A stretch of DNA of 64,000 bases from an uncultured Candidatus Saccharibacteria bacterium (GCA_964398205.1 CAYNLU010000001.1:417-64416), one strand, 5' to 3'. Counted from the stretch's first letter, positions 39,035 to 49,917 are shown. Translations and numbers: made by a program. The notes: a model not told the origin generated them from the sequence alone.

Positions 39035-40587
39035 TATTTTAATTTAGGTAAAACTATTTTATCTTCTTTGTTAATTCCGTTTACAATTTCAATAGTATTT
39101 CCGTCACCAATATTACCAGTTAACACTAAAACTTCTTCGTATTTTTCTTTTTTAAGATTAGTGATTTTGTTTAAGTAAGTTTTACCATCTTCTTTCTTTA
39201 TCAAACTTGCTTCTGGCACAGAAATAACATCATTTTTCTCGAAAGTAGTGATTACAATCTCAGCATTCATACCTGGTCTAATATTTGAATCATTACTATC
39301 TAAGAAAACTTTAATTTTATAATTCACTACTCCGTCTTTAGTATCAGAAGAAGGATCTATATGAGAAACTTTACCGGAAAAAATATTATTTACTCCTAAA
39401 GCGTCAAAGGTAATATCAACTTTTTGATCAAGTTTGATATTTTTAATATTAGATTCGTTAATTAAAGCTTCTACGTACAGATTAGAAACATCTTCCAAGA
39501 CTAAAGCTGGTTTTGAAATATCTACGATTTCACCGTATTTAATATCAACTTTAGTTATAGTTCCTTCTTCAGGAGCACGAATAATTGTATCTTCGTAATT
39601 AGCGAGCGCTTGAGACAAGCTTGCACGAGCAGATAATACCTCAGCTTCTCCTAAAGCAATCTCAGAAGGTCTAGCGGAAGCTACTTTTAAAGCAAGTTCA
39701 GCTTCTCTTTGAGCTACCAAGGATTCTGCAGAAGACAAAGCGCTCTCACGAGTTTTCAACGCAGAATTATAAGCATTTTCATTTGCTAAATAATCACTAG
39801 CTTTTTTATTAGGAATATCAATCACAAAAGTTGAAGGTGCGAGATTAGTTGTAGAACTAAACAATAGGTATAATCCGGAATCCCCTATTTTTTGAGGATT
39901 AGTAGTATTTACATAACCAGTACTAGTAGCCAAACCTGAAGTTGAGAAAGTTAAACCTGCGCCAGTATTATAAATACTTACAGTTATTCTACCCTCTTTA
40001 CCGAGAGCATAAGTACCGCTTACGGTCGGAGCTGTGCGAGTATCATTTATATTTTCAGAAACTGCTTCTAAACTAGAATTCAATAACTTATTGTATGCAT
40101 TACTAACTAGAGTATCTTGAGTGTTTTTTGTATTAGCTAAATCAGTCTTCGCATTATTCAAAGCTACTTTTGCTAAAGTTATTTCTTCACTAGTAGCACC
40201 TTCTTTGATCTTTTGTAATTTTGCTTCTGCTAATGCTACTCCGGCACGAGCTTGAGCCACAGAAGCACCTTCGCTTCCAGAAGACAAAGTTGCTAGAATT
40301 TGACCTTTTTTAACTTTATCACCCACCGCAAAGTTAACTGATTTTACCGTACCAGCTTTTTTAAAAGATAAATCTAAATCTACCTTTGAAGTCACCACGC
40401 CGGTTGCTTTCACAGTTTCTACTAATTTACCATAAGTAGGATCGATAATAGTTAATTCTTCTTTGTCTTTTCTAAAAACAAAAAACAAAATTACTAAAAC
40501 TAAAATACCTAAAATCCATAAATTTCTTTTAACTTTAAAGAAATTTTTAATTATTTCAAATTTTTCTTTCATAATATTATTATACAT
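39034..40587 (-). CDS. MacA/HlyD-like adaptor protein
   Basis: GDKVKKGQ lipoyl halves, coiled coil, IRAP, RPGM. Confidence 0.88.
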   Translation of the reverse strand: MYNNIMKEKFEIIKNFFKVKRNLWILGILVLVILFFVFRKDKEELTIIDPTYGKLVETVKATGVVTSKVDLDLSFKKAGTVKSVNFAVGDKVKKGQILATLSSGSEGASVAQARAGVALAEAKLQKIKEGATSEEITLAKVALNNAKTDLANTKNTQDTLVSNAYNKLLNSSLEAVSENINDTRTAPTVSGTYALGKEGRITVSIYNTGAGLTFSTSGLATSTGYVNTTNPQKIGDSGLYLLFSSTTNLAPSTFVIDIPNKKASDYLANENAYNSALKTRESALSSAESLVAQREAELALKVASARPSEIALGEAEVLSARASLSQALANYEDTIIRAPEEGTITKVDIKYGEIVDISKPALVLEDVSNLYVEALINESNIKNIKLDQKVDITFDALGVNNIFSGKVSHIDPSSDTKDGVVNYKIKVFLDSNDSNIRPGMNAEIVITTFEKNDVISVPEASLIKKEDGKTYLNKITNLKKEKYEEVLVLTGNIGDGNTIEIVNGINKEDKIVLPKLK

Positions 40588-40601
40588 TTTTTATTAATAT
40601 A

Positions 40602-40638
40602 AATAAAATCCCTTCTTTTTAAAGAAGGGATTTTATTT
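40602..40638 (-). terminator. terminator after fusA
   Basis: aaataaaatcccttcttt/aaagaagggattttattt. Confidence 0.75.
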
Positions 40639-40643
40639 CAAAA

Positions 40644-42791
40644 TTACTTACGAGAATTTATAATCTCTTGAGCTACGTTTTGAGGAACAATATCGTAACG
40701 CAAGAATTCCATAGTAAATGAAGCACGCCCTTCAGTCATAGAACGAAGACCTGTCATATAACCGAACATTTCAGATAGTGGTACAACAGCTTTTACAACT
40801 TGATTCATACCACGAGCTTCCATACCTTCGATCAAACCACGTTTTGAAGATAAGTTTCCAGCTACATCTCCCATAAATTTATCAGGAGTTACAACTTCTA
40901 CCTTCATCATTGGTTCTAGGATAACAGCATTTGCTCTCTTACAAGCGTCTTGGATAGCCATACTAGCTGCGATTTTGAAAGCCATTTCGTTTGAGTCAAC
41001 TTCGTGATAACTTCCATCCCAAAGATCTACAGAAACGTTTACCATTTTGAATCCTGCTAAGATACCGCGATCTAAACCTTCTTTAAATCCTTTTTCACAA
41101 GCTGGAATATATTCTTGAGGGATAACACCTCCTTTAATATTGTTAACGAATTCAAAACCTTCACTTCTTTTAGTATTCTTAGGTAAATCAGCAATTTCTT
41201 CTTTAGTTAAAGCCACCATAGGTTTAACTTTAATTTTCACGTGACCGTAGTTACCACGACCTCCAGATTGCTTGATATATTTACCTTCTGCTTCACCAGC
41301 ACCATTAATAGTTTCACGGTAAGCAACTTGAGGTTTACCAACATTAGCCTCCACAGCAAATTCTCTCTTTAAGCGATCTACGATAATTTCAAGGTGAAGT
41401 TCTCCCATACCTGCGATAATAGTTTCTCCGGTTTCTTGATCAGTAGAAACTTTGAAAGTTGGGTCTTCTTGAGCTAAACGATTTAACGCCATACCCATTT
41501 TCTCTTGGTCAGCTTTAGTTTTCGGTTCAATACGTAGAGAAATAACTGGTTCAGGGAAAACAATACGGTTTAATTCTACTGGTGCATTTTCGTCACACAA
41601 AGTATCAGAAGTAATAGTATCTTTAAGTCCTACTGCTGCTGCAATTTCTCCAGCGAAAACTTTCTTTACTTCTTCACGGTCATTAGCATGCATACGCAAA
41701 ATACGTCCAATTCTTTCTTTAGTTCTTGTACGAGGATTATATACATAACTACCTGCAGTCAAAGTTCCAGAATAAACACGGAAGAAAATAAGTTGTCCTA
41801 CGAAAGGATCGGCTGCGATTTTAAAAGCTAGAGCAGAAAAAGGTTCAGTATCAGAAGCGTTTCTTACTACTGCTTCTTCGGTATTAGCATCGATACCTGG
41901 AATAGGAGGAATATCTGTTGGAGCTGGAAGATAATCTACCACAGCATCAAGTACTAATTGCACTCCTTTATTTTTTAGAGCAGAACCTGCGAAAACTGGG
42001 AAAATTTCGTTTGCAATAACTGCTTTTCTTAATACTTTTTTCAAAGTATCTACGTTTGGAGTCATACCATCTAAATATTCAGCCATCAAAGCTTCATCTT
42101 GTTCAACTATTTTTTCAACTAATTCTGCATGCAAACCTTCTGCTTCTTTTTTATATTCTTCTGGAATTTCTTTTTCGATAACTTCGTTACCCATAGTACC
42201 TTCAAAATAATAAGCTTTCATTTTTAGAAGATCGATAACTCCTTCGTGCTTATCTTCAAGTCCGATAGGAATTTGTACACGAACAGCTTTCTTAGAAAGT
42301 CTTTCTAAAATAGTTTTATATGAATGTTCAAAACTTGCACCTGTACGGTCAAGCTTGTTAATGAAACAAATACGAGGCACGTTAGCTTCATCAGCATAAC
42401 GCCAGTTAGTTTCAGATTGAGGTTCAACACCAGCAACACCATCGAAAACCACCACAGCTCCATCTAACACACGAAGAGATCTTTTAACCTCTACTGTGAA
42501 GTCGATGTGACCTGGAGTATCGATAATATTAAAACGGTGTTTAAGCGCCTTATTAGTAAGATCATATGTAGGAGTCCAGAAACAAGTAATAGCCGCAGAA
42601 GTAATAGTAATACCTCTTTCGCGTTCTTGTTCCATCCAGTCAGTAGTAGCTGCTCCATCGTGAACTTCACCTATTTTGTGAGACATACCTGTATAATACA
42701 AGATACGTTCACTAGTTGTGGTTTTACCGGCATCGATGTGAGCGATAATTCCGAAATTTCTAACTTTTGATAAAGGATAATCTCTTTCCAT
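40644..42791 (-). CDS. fusA: elongation factor G
   Basis: [28 protein letters not shown]. Confidence 0.99.
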   Translation of the reverse strand: MERDYPLSKVRNFGIIAHIDAGKTTTSERILYYTGMSHKIGEVHDGAATTDWMEQERERGITITSAAITCFWTPTYDLTNKALKHRFNIIDTPGHIDFTVEVKRSLRVLDGAVVVFDGVAGVEPQSETNWRYADEANVPRICFINKLDRTGASFEHSYKTILERLSKKAVRVQIPIGLEDKHEGVIDLLKMKAYYFEGTMGNEVIEKEIPEEYKKEAEGLHAELVEKIVEQDEALMAEYLDGMTPNVDTLKKVLRKAVIANEIFPVFAGSALKNKGVQLVLDAVVDYLPAPTDIPPIPGIDANTEEAVVRNASDTEPFSALAFKIAADPFVGQLIFFRVYSGTLTAGSYVYNPRTRTKERIGRILRMHANDREEVKKVFAGEIAAAVGLKDTITSDTLCDENAPVELNRIVFPEPVISLRIEPKTKADQEKMGMALNRLAQEDPTFKVSTDQETGETIIAGMGELHLEIIVDRLKREFAVEANVGKPQVAYRETINGAGEAEGKYIKQSGGRGNYGHVKIKVKPMVALTKEEIADLPKNTKRSEGFEFVNNIKGGVIPQEYIPACEKGFKEGLDRGILAGFKMVNVSVDLWDGSYHEVDSNEMAFKIAASMAIQDACKRANAVILEPMMKVEVVTPDKFMGDVAGNLSSKRGLIEGMEARGMNQVVKAVVPLSEMFGYMTGLRSMTEGRASFTMEFLRYDIVPQNVAQEIINSRK

Positions 42792-42938
42792 ATGATTTTA
42801 TATAATTTAATAAATTACTTAATAATAAAAAAAGCGCTTGTGCACTTAGCTAAACTATATAACATAAACACTTTTTTTGCAAACCCTAAAAACTGTATTC
42901 TACAACAAATAAAAAAGCCGGAACTAGTCCGGCATTAT

Positions 42939-43460
42939 TCAAAATTTAAAATACTCGAAAGGAATATAAACTTCTGCGTAGTTTAAACTTTTTACAAAAG
43001 TTTTTAATACAGGCAAAAGAAGGCCGTTTGTATTTTCTGTGGTAATGAACAATTGGTGGTTTTCTTGACCACCAAGCCAATGGTTTGGTTTTTGTTCAAT
43101 AAAATCTTTATTTAATACATGAACAGACCTGATGTTTAACTGAATTTTTTTAATCTGATTTTTCTGACTATAAAAATATCCAGGTATTTCAAGAATATCA
43201 TGTCTTAGAGAAACTAAATGAGTTTCTTCGAAAAGAAACTTGGCTTTTTCAAACCTGTCTTTATCTCCTATATCAAGACGGTTTTTTTGAGTAGGCATAA
43301 CCGGAACACCACAATGCCCACAATGATAAATCCCCCGCAATGATTCTTCTGCACCGTTGTGATAAGTAAAAGAATGCGTGATTTTTGTAATTTCCCCAGA
43401 AAAATTACAAACAGGACAATTATTATTAGTCTCCAGTTCTATAATTTTAAAATTACACAT
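42939..43460 (-). CDS. hypothetical protein with Zn-ribbon-like N-terminus
   Basis: CPVC...CGHC; inserted between rpsG and fusA. Confidence 0.65.
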   Translation of the reverse strand: MCNFKIIELETNNNCPVCNFSGEITKITHSFTYHNGAEESLRGIYHCGHCGVPVMPTQKNRLDIGDKDRFEKAKFLFEETHLVSLRHDILEIPGYFYSQKNQIKKIQLNIRSVHVLNKDFIEQKPNHWLGGQENHQLFITTENTNGLLLPVLKTFVKSLNYAEVYIPFEYFKF

Positions 43461-43532
43461 AATATTTGGTTTTAAAAGATTAAAAAGAATTTGATTTCCC
43501 CTTTACCTTAACCTAAAACTAAACAAAAAGCA

Positions 43533-43559
43533 AAGCGTCGCCCGAAGGGCGACGCTTTT
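43533..43559 (-). terminator. terminator after rpsG
   Basis: aaagcgtcgccc-gaa-gggcgacgcttt. Confidence 0.8.
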
Positions 43560-43577
43560 GAGTTTCTCTTATATATA

Positions 43578-44048
43578 TTACCAAGCGAAGTGAGCGAAAG
43601 CTTTGTTTGATTCTGCCATTTTGTGAGTATCTTCTTTCTTCTTAACAGCAGCACCTTCGTTCTTAGAAGCTAGTATTAATTCATCAGCAAGTTTCATATG
43701 TACAGGACGTCCTTTACCCTTACGAGCTGCATCACGAATCCAACGCATAGCGAGAGCAAGTTTACGAGAAGCTGAAACTTCACGAGGAACTTGATAGTTC
43801 GCACCTCCGATTCTCTTTGAACGAACTTCAGTAGTTGGTCCAGCATTTCTCATAGCTAGGTCAAAGATTTCTAAAGGATTAGGATTTCCAGTCTTTTCTT
43901 TGATAACTTCGAATGCTCCGTAAACTACGTTGCGAGCAGTTTCTTTCTTGCCGTGAAGCATCATGTAGTTGATAAACTTTTCTACTTTTTCAGAATTATA
44001 TACTGAATCCTTCCCTACTATATTTCTATTTTTTACTTTTCTTCTCAT
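43578..44048 (-). CDS. rpsG: 30S ribosomal protein S7
   Basis: RIGGANYQVP, HKMAESNKAFAH. Confidence 0.98.
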   Translation of the reverse strand: MRRKVKNRNIVGKDSVYNSEKVEKFINYMMLHGKKETARNVVYGAFEVIKEKTGNPNPLEIFDLAMRNAGPTTEVRSKRIGGANYQVPREVSASRKLALAMRWIRDAARKGKGRPVHMKLADELILASKNEGAAVKKKEDTHKMAESNKAFAHFAW

Positions 44049-44103
44049 ATTTTTATTTTAGGTTTAAAATTTTCAGGCTTGGCCTTACTCCTAATATTAA
44101 TAA

Positions 44104-44529
44104 TTATTTTTTAGCGTCAGCTTTTGGCTTCTTGTTACCGTATAGAGATCTACCTTGACGTCTCTTTTCAACTCCTTGAGTATCTAGAACTCCACGAACT
44201 ATATGATAACGAACTCCGATCAAGTCCTTCACACGGCCTCCACGTAGCATAACTACTGAGTGCTCTTGCAAATTGTGACCTTCACCTGGAATATAAGCTG
44301 TTACTTCCATACCGTTAGTCAAACGTACACGAGCGATCTTACGAAGCGCTGAGTTAGGTTTCTTTGGGGTTGTTGTTGTAACTTTAGTACAAACTCCTCT
44401 TTTAAAAGGTGCAGGATAAAATATCGGTGCATTCTTAAGAGTATTAAAACCACGTGCTAAAGCCACAGTCTTAGACTTGCGGACTACTTTTGTTCTATTC
44501 TTTTTAATTAATTGATTTATTGTTGGCAT
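44104..44529 (-). CDS. rpsL: 30S ribosomal protein S12
   Basis: [26 protein letters not shown]. Confidence 0.99.
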   Translation of the reverse strand: MPTINQLIKKNRTKVVRKSKTVALARGFNTLKNAPIFYPAPFKRGVCTKVTTTTPKKPNSALRKIARVRLTNGMEVTAYIPGEGHNLQEHSVVMLRGGRVKDLIGVRYHIVRGVLDTQGVEKRRQGRSLYGNKKPKADAKK

Positions 44530-44606
44530 TTATTTGTTTTCTATAAAATAAAAGAGTCCAAAGACTCGTAGAAATAATATACTACATACTCAAAAAAAAT
44601 GCAAAT

Positions 44607-45221
44607 CTATAAACCGTAGCCTGTGAGTAAGGTGAACAAGAACCCTACCAAAGGTCCTAAAAAGTCAGATAAGAAAAATACGAAGATTAAGAAAAAGACT
44701 AAAGAATATTGCTCTATAAATTCAATAATATTAGAAAAGGAAGCCGGCAATAATGCAAAAAGTATCTTAGAACCGTCTAGTGGAGGTACAGGAATAAGGT
44801 TAAAAATTCCTAAAGCAAGATTAATAATAACGATAGTTGAAAGTATAAATCCTAAATCTTGATCTGGATAATAAGGAAAAACAAAACGTAGAATTAAACC
44901 GAAAAAGATAGCGAGTACGAAGTTGACGAAAACTCCAGCCGACGCAACCGCTAAAGTCCCCTTTTTAATATTATTAAAATTCCTCGGATCATAAGGTACC
45001 GGTTTCGCCCAACCTATCATAAACGGAGATTTCGTTATAGCGAGCAAGGCCGGTAAAGCGATAGAACCAATAGGGTCTAGATGCGGAATCGGGTTTATAG
45101 TCAATCTTCCTAAGTCTTTCGCAGTATTATCTCCAAAATATAATGCAGCATAGCCGTGCGCTACTTCGTGAAGCACTACAGAGAATATTAATATAGCTAT
45201 ATAAAAAATAATTTCTAACAT
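44607..45221 (-). CDS. site-2 protease (M50)
   Basis: HEVAH, GWAKPVP, NLIPVPPLDG. Confidence 0.93.
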   Translation of the reverse strand: MLEIIFYIAILIFSVVLHEVAHGYAALYFGDNTAKDLGRLTINPIPHLDPIGSIALPALLAITKSPFMIGWAKPVPYDPRNFNNIKKGTLAVASAGVFVNFVLAIFFGLILRFVFPYYPDQDLGFILSTIVIINLALGIFNLIPVPPLDGSKILFALLPASFSNIIEFIEQYSLVFFLIFVFFLSDFLGPLVGFLFTLLTGYGL

Positions 45222-45281
45222 AATTTAACTAAAAGCTAACATATTGCTTTTTGTATAACTATATGATAACATAAAAACACT

Positions 45282-45524
45282 ATGGCGAAAATATGCGCAA
45301 TTACAAATAAAACAAGTGTTATGGGAGGAGGTTATTCAAACCGCACTCGTGCAACAAAATTCAACCCGACTGGAAAAGTTCGCAAGAATATTAACCTGCA
45401 AACAAAGAAGATTTTTGTTCCTGAACTTAATAAAGCTGTTAAAGTTTCAGTTTCTACTCGCGGTCTTAAAACTATCAAGAAAAACGGAGTCTACCCTACT
45501 CTTAAAAAAGCTGGATTAATCTAA
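45282..45524 (+). CDS. rpmB: 50S ribosomal protein L28
   Basis: MAKICAIT..G..SN, NLQ, STRGLKT. Confidence 0.9.
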   Translation: MAKICAITNKTSVMGGGYSNRTRATKFNPTGKVRKNINLQTKKIFVPELNKAVKVSVSTRGLKTIKKNGVYPTLKKAGLI

Positions 45525-45574
45525 ATAAGCAATAAAAAAACCTCACAATTGTGAGGTTTTTTTATTGCTTATTT
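45523..45574. terminator. bidirectional terminator, 52-bp perfect palindrome
   Basis: aaataagcaataaaaaaacctcacaa|ttgtgaggtttttttattgcttattt. Confidence 0.85.
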
Positions 45575-46902
45575 TAAGATACGAAAGTTAAAGAATGACC
45601 TTTTTTGTCTCCTCTACCTGTACGACCAATACGGTGAACGTAAGTATCGTAATTTTGAGGGATATCGTAGTTAATCACGTGAGATACGTTTGGGATATCA
45701 AGTCCGCGAGCTGCGACGTCGGTTGCGATTAGGACGTTTAATTTACCTTCTTTGAAAGCAGCTAAGGTTCGTAATCTTTCACGACTTCTTTTATCTCCGT
45801 GAATACCCGCAGCTTTGAAACCTTTACCTCTTAATTCTTTTTCGAGTTCGTCTACTGCGTATTTCATCTCTCTAAAAATTAGAATCTTATCAGTTCCTTC
45901 AGAAGCTAAAATTTCACAAAGTTTAGAAAATTTATTTTCTTTATTTATCCGAACTACGTCTTGATCTATATTGCGAGAAGTTTCACCTTTGATAACAGAT
46001 ATAAATACTGGGTCTTTCAAGAATTTAGAAGTTAAAGCCTTGATATCATCTGAGAGAGTTGCTGAGAAGAAAAGAGTTTGCTTGTCAGGATGAGTATTAG
46101 ATAAAATACTAACCATATCATCTCTAAAGCCCATATCGAGCATCCGATCCGCTTCATCTAAAACTATATTTTTATAATTCGATAAATCTAAAACTTTTCT
46201 TTTAATCAAATCCATAACGCGTCCCGGAGTCCCAATAACGAAAGATACTCCTCTTTTGATTTCGATGATTTGTTTATTGATAGGCAATCCTCCTACGACT
46301 GATACTCCAAAAAGTCCAGAACCAAAAGCTAGCGAACGAAGTTCTTCTTCGATTTGAATAGCGAGCTCACGAGTCGGCGCAAGCACTAAAACTTTTTCGT
46401 TTTTATCTTGCATAACTTTGTTAATAAGAGGAAGCAAGAAAGCTGCAGTTTTACCTGTACCTGTATTCGCTAAACCAAAAACGTCTTTCCCTTCTAAAAT
46501 AGAAGGTATCGCTTGATCTTGAATAGGGCGAGGCGAAATATAACCCTTGCGAGCAATATTGCTTTGCAGTTTCTCTACGAAAGGAAAATCTATAAAATGA
46601 TGCTTTGATTCGTAAGGCTTTTCTTCTTTGAATACAGCTTTACTAATAAAGCGAGAGTAATCTATGCGTTCTCCTCTTTGTTTTCTACCTCCACTAGATT
46701 TACGAGCACCTCTACGTCCACCTCCAAAAGAAGGTCTCCCAAAAGGTACTTTTTTAGCTCCTCCGAAAGAAGAACTTTTCTTAAAACTTTTTCTCACTGG
46801 TTTACCAGCAAAACTTTTACGCGGACCAGACGAAGCTGATTTCGCGCCACTCGGACGAGCCGAGCTGAAACTACGTTTGTTAATCATATTTTTTTGTGTC
46901 AT
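45574..46902 (-). CDS. DEAD-box RNA helicase
   Basis: TGTGKT, PTRELA, DEAD, SAT, HRIGRTGR; basic N-terminal tail; start moved downstream of the promoter and leader. Confidence 0.95.
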   Translation of the reverse strand: MTQKNMINKRSFSSARPSGAKSASSGPRKSFAGKPVRKSFKKSSSFGGAKKVPFGRPSFGGGRRGARKSSGGRKQRGERIDYSRFISKAVFKEEKPYESKHHFIDFPFVEKLQSNIARKGYISPRPIQDQAIPSILEGKDVFGLANTGTGKTAAFLLPLINKVMQDKNEKVLVLAPTRELAIQIEEELRSLAFGSGLFGVSVVGGLPINKQIIEIKRGVSFVIGTPGRVMDLIKRKVLDLSNYKNIVLDEADRMLDMGFRDDMVSILSNTHPDKQTLFFSATLSDDIKALTSKFLKDPVFISVIKGETSRNIDQDVVRINKENKFSKLCEILASEGTDKILIFREMKYAVDELEKELRGKGFKAAGIHGDKRSRERLRTLAAFKEGKLNVLIATDVAARGLDIPNVSHVINYDIPQNYDTYVHRIGRTGRGDKKGHSLTFVS

Positions 46903-47009
46903 GGATATCAATCCTACTAGACACAAAAGCCTTAGATGATTTCCATAATCGTCAGTCTCATTATTATTAAGATTGTCTGCTCGTTTGCAGAACTGAGATT
47001 GATACTCAA

Positions 47010-47038
47010 ATATTAGCATTATTACCAAACTTTGTCAA
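47010..47038 (-). promoter_or_regulatory. promoter of the DEAD-box helicase
   Basis: TTGACA-17 nt-TAATAT with TG extension. Confidence 0.75.
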
Positions 47039-47075
47039 ATTTGTGAAGTATTTTATTAAAAGTTAAAATAGAAAT

Positions 47076-48014
47076 ATGAATAAACATCCTGACTTATCAT
47101 ATATTGAACTCTTAGAGCATTTACTCGCGAATGGAAATATTAAAACTGATAGAACTGGGACTGGAACTCGGAGCGTGCTCGGTTATCAAATGCGTTTTGA
47201 TTTGAGCGAAGGCTTCCCTCTCTTAACTACTAAAAAAGTTCCTATCAAAGCGATAATTCACGAATTACTTTGGTTCTTGCGTGGAGATACAAATTTGAAA
47301 TATCTTGCCGACAATAACGTTCATATTTGGGATGAATGGCCTTATAAGGCATATTTGATTAAGAATAATATCGAAGTCCCGAAAACTGGTAGCGAAGAAT
47401 GGAATACTGGGATTAAAGAATTTGTCGAACGTATTAAAACTGACGAAGCTTTCGCGAAAGAATACGGAGAACTCGGACCTATTTATGGATATCAATGGAG
47501 AGCTTGGCCTACTCCAAGCGGAGGGCATATCGACCAAATTAAAAACGTCATAGAGCAAATCAAAAAATCCCCTGACTCTCGACGGATGATAGTATCAGCT
47601 TGGAACGTAGCGGATATAGACGAGATGGCGAAAGCTGGACTTCCTCCTTGTCATTGTCTTTTTCAATTCTACGTCGCAGATGGCAAGCTTTCTTGTCAGC
47701 TTTATCAAAGATCTTGTGATACTTTTCTAGGAGTACCTTTTAATATAGCTTCATACGCATTACTCGTTATGATAATCGCGCAAATCTGTGATCTTGAAGT
47801 TGGTGAATTTGTTTGGACTGGTGGCGACGTGCATCTATATAGTAATCACGAAGAGCAAGCTCGTCTTCAAATCTCTCGCAAAAACGATATCCGCCCACTT
47901 CCAAAAATGAAAATCAATAAAGATAAAAAAAATATTGAGGACTTCGCAATAGAAGATTTTGAATTAACAGATTATAATCCACACGATGCTATCAAAGCAC
48001 CGATAGCAGTTTAA
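47076..48014 (+). CDS. thyA: thymidylate synthase
   Basis: DRTGTGT, ELLWF, LPPCH, YQRSCD, GVPFN. Confidence 0.98.
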   Translation: MNKHPDLSYIELLEHLLANGNIKTDRTGTGTRSVLGYQMRFDLSEGFPLLTTKKVPIKAIIHELLWFLRGDTNLKYLADNNVHIWDEWPYKAYLIKNNIEVPKTGSEEWNTGIKEFVERIKTDEAFAKEYGELGPIYGYQWRAWPTPSGGHIDQIKNVIEQIKKSPDSRRMIVSAWNVADIDEMAKAGLPPCHCLFQFYVADGKLSCQLYQRSCDTFLGVPFNIASYALLVMIIAQICDLEVGEFVWTGGDVHLYSNHEEQARLQISRKNDIRPLPKMKINKDKKNIEDFAIEDFELTDYNPHDAIKAPIAV

Positions 48015-48043
48015 CCCCTTAATCCCCTTATCAGGGGAAATTT

Positions 48044-48538
48044 ATGAAATTATCTATAATAGTAGCAATTGGAGAGAATAATGAAATCGGGCAAAATAAT
48101 GCTCTTCTTTGGAATATGCCGGAAGATATGAAATACTTCCGAGAAATTACTCGTGGCCATACGGTGATAATGGGCCGGAAAACTTTTGAAAGTATTGGGC
48201 GACCTTTACCTAATAGGAGAAATATAATTATAACTAGAGATAAAAGTTTTCAAAGTGAAGGGATAGAAATAACTCATTCTTTAGAAGAAGCTATAGAGAA
48301 AGTAAAAGACGAGATTGAGCAAGAAGTTTTTATTATTGGCGGAGCGGAAATCTACAAGCAAGGCATAGATAAAGCAAATAAATTATATATAACTGAAATC
48401 AAAGCGACTTTCAAAGATGCCGATACTTTCTTCCCTACTATCGATAAAAATATTTGGGTAGAAATCAAAAGAGAAAATCATACGAAAGACGAATCTAATC
48501 CGTACGATTATACATTTGTAGTTTACGAGAGAAAATAA
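48044..48538 (+). CDS. folA: dihydrofolate reductase
   Basis: MGRKTFESIGRPLPNR, IIGG, DTFFP. Confidence 0.97.
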   Translation: MKLSIIVAIGENNEIGQNNALLWNMPEDMKYFREITRGHTVIMGRKTFESIGRPLPNRRNIIITRDKSFQSEGIEITHSLEEAIEKVKDEIEQEVFIIGGAEIYKQGIDKANKLYITEIKATFKDADTFFPTIDKNIWVEIKRENHTKDESNPYDYTFVVYERK

Positions 48539-48868
48539 TTACGGATCGATATCAGTTTTAACTCGAATAAAAATATCTTTACCGTCTGGGGTTTTGCTTT
48601 TCATATATTGACGATTTTTATTAATTTCTATTTTCCTTACTAATTCTTTTTCTAGATCATAACCTAGCATTTCAGAAATACCCAAAAGGAATATCGCAAC
48701 GTCTGCAAATTCTTCAGCTACCCCCTCTTGATTCTTATTAAATTTCGAAAACGCTTCTGATAACTCTTCGTGAGCACGACAAAATTCTAAAGCAATATCA
48801 GTAGTATTAAATCCTTTTTCTGTTTTATTTCGCATTACTTCTTCTTGAAGTTTTTTTAGATCTACCAT
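48539..48868 (-). CDS. MazG-like nucleotide pyrophosphohydrolase
   Basis: EExxE...EEFADV motif. Confidence 0.75.
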   Translation of the reverse strand: MVDLKKLQEEVMRNKTEKGFNTTDIALEFCRAHEELSEAFSKFNKNQEGVAEEFADVAIFLLGISEMLGYDLEKELVRKIEINKNRQYMKSKTPDGKDIFIRVKTDIDP

Positions 48869-48869
48869 A

Positions 48870-49370
48870 TTATTGATTCTTATATTTTTGCACTTCTTTA
48901 TTTATAATTTCTAATTTCACTTTAGCTTTTTTAAAAATTTCTTTACTTATCTTTCCTGCATGATAATCATTCTCTGCTACAACTCGTTCAATACCGACAT
49001 TAATAATACTTTGAGCGCATTTATAACAAGGCACCATTTTACAATACAAAGTAGAACCTAAGAGAGCGACTCCGCTCCGAGCTGCGTTATTAATCGCGTT
49101 TTGTTCCGCATGAGCAGTTCGAATACAATGCATAGATTTAGTTCCGTCTTCATGAACAACAGTATGCATTTGATGCCCAGCTTCATCACAGTGAGGAAGT
49201 CCTATAGGCGAACCAACATATCCAGTAGTAAGTATTCTTTTATCTTTAACTATAACTGTACCGGCTCTGCCCCGATCACAAGTCCCCCGAGTCCCAACTA
49301 GTTTAGCAAGTTCTAAAAAATATTCATCCCAAGAAGGTCTTTTATAATCACTTTTAGTAACTTTTTTCAT
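48870..49370 (-). CDS. dCMP deaminase (ComEB-like)
   Basis: RPSWDEYF, HAEQNA, PCxxC. Confidence 0.92.
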   Translation of the reverse strand: MKKVTKSDYKRPSWDEYFLELAKLVGTRGTCDRGRAGTVIVKDKRILTTGYVGSPIGLPHCDEAGHQMHTVVHEDGTKSMHCIRTAHAEQNAINNAARSGVALLGSTLYCKMVPCYKCAQSIINVGIERVVAENDYHAGKISKEIFKKAKVKLEIINKEVQKYKNQ

Positions 49371-49413
49371 AATATAAATATACTATTTCCAAATAAAAAA
49401 AGCCAACAAAAGT

Positions 49414-49443
49414 AAAGAGCCTCGCGTACGCGAGGCTCTTTTA
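49414..49443 (-). terminator. terminator after rplK
   Basis: aaagagcctcgc-gtac-gcgaggctcttt. Confidence 0.8.
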
Positions 49444-49460
49444 TCTTTAGTTTTAATTTA

Positions 49461-49886
49461 TTAGTCTTTAACTTCGATTCCCATACTGCGAGCAGAGCCG
49501 GCAATGATATTGATTAATCCTTCGTCGTCTTTCGCATTAAGATCAGCAGCTTTTTTCTTACCGATTTCTAAAGCTTGAGCGCGAGTGATTTTACCAACTT
49601 TACTTGTAGCATTCTTGCCTGAACCTTTAGGTATACCAGCAGCTTTAAGGATTAAACCTGTAGCTGGAGGAGTTTTAATCACGAAATCATAAGTACGATC
49701 TTCATAAACTGAAATCTTTACTCCAACCTTGTCTCCCATCATCTTTGAGGTAGCTGCGTTGAATTTAGTAACGAAATCTCCGATATTAATACCTGCTTGT
49801 CCAAGTGCCGGTCCAAGAGGTGGAGCAGGAGTAGCTTTACCTGCCTCTATTTCTAACTTTATCTTTTTGGTAATTTTCTTTGACAT
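49461..49886 (-). CDS. rplK: 50S ribosomal protein L11
   Basis: AGKATPAPPLGPALGQ, GSARSMG. Confidence 0.98.
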   Translation of the reverse strand: MSKKITKKIKLEIEAGKATPAPPLGPALGQAGINIGDFVTKFNAATSKMMGDKVGVKISVYEDRTYDFVIKTPPATGLILKAAGIPKGSGKNATSKVGKITRAQALEIGKKKAADLNAKDDEGLINIIAGSARSMGIEVKD

Positions 49887-49917
49887 ATATTTATCTAATT
49901 AATTTACTTAATATATA

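Noticed and set aside
46903-47028. 42-aa N-terminal extension of the helicase
   Set aside because: Its ATG lies inside the promoter spacer; the region folds as a leader
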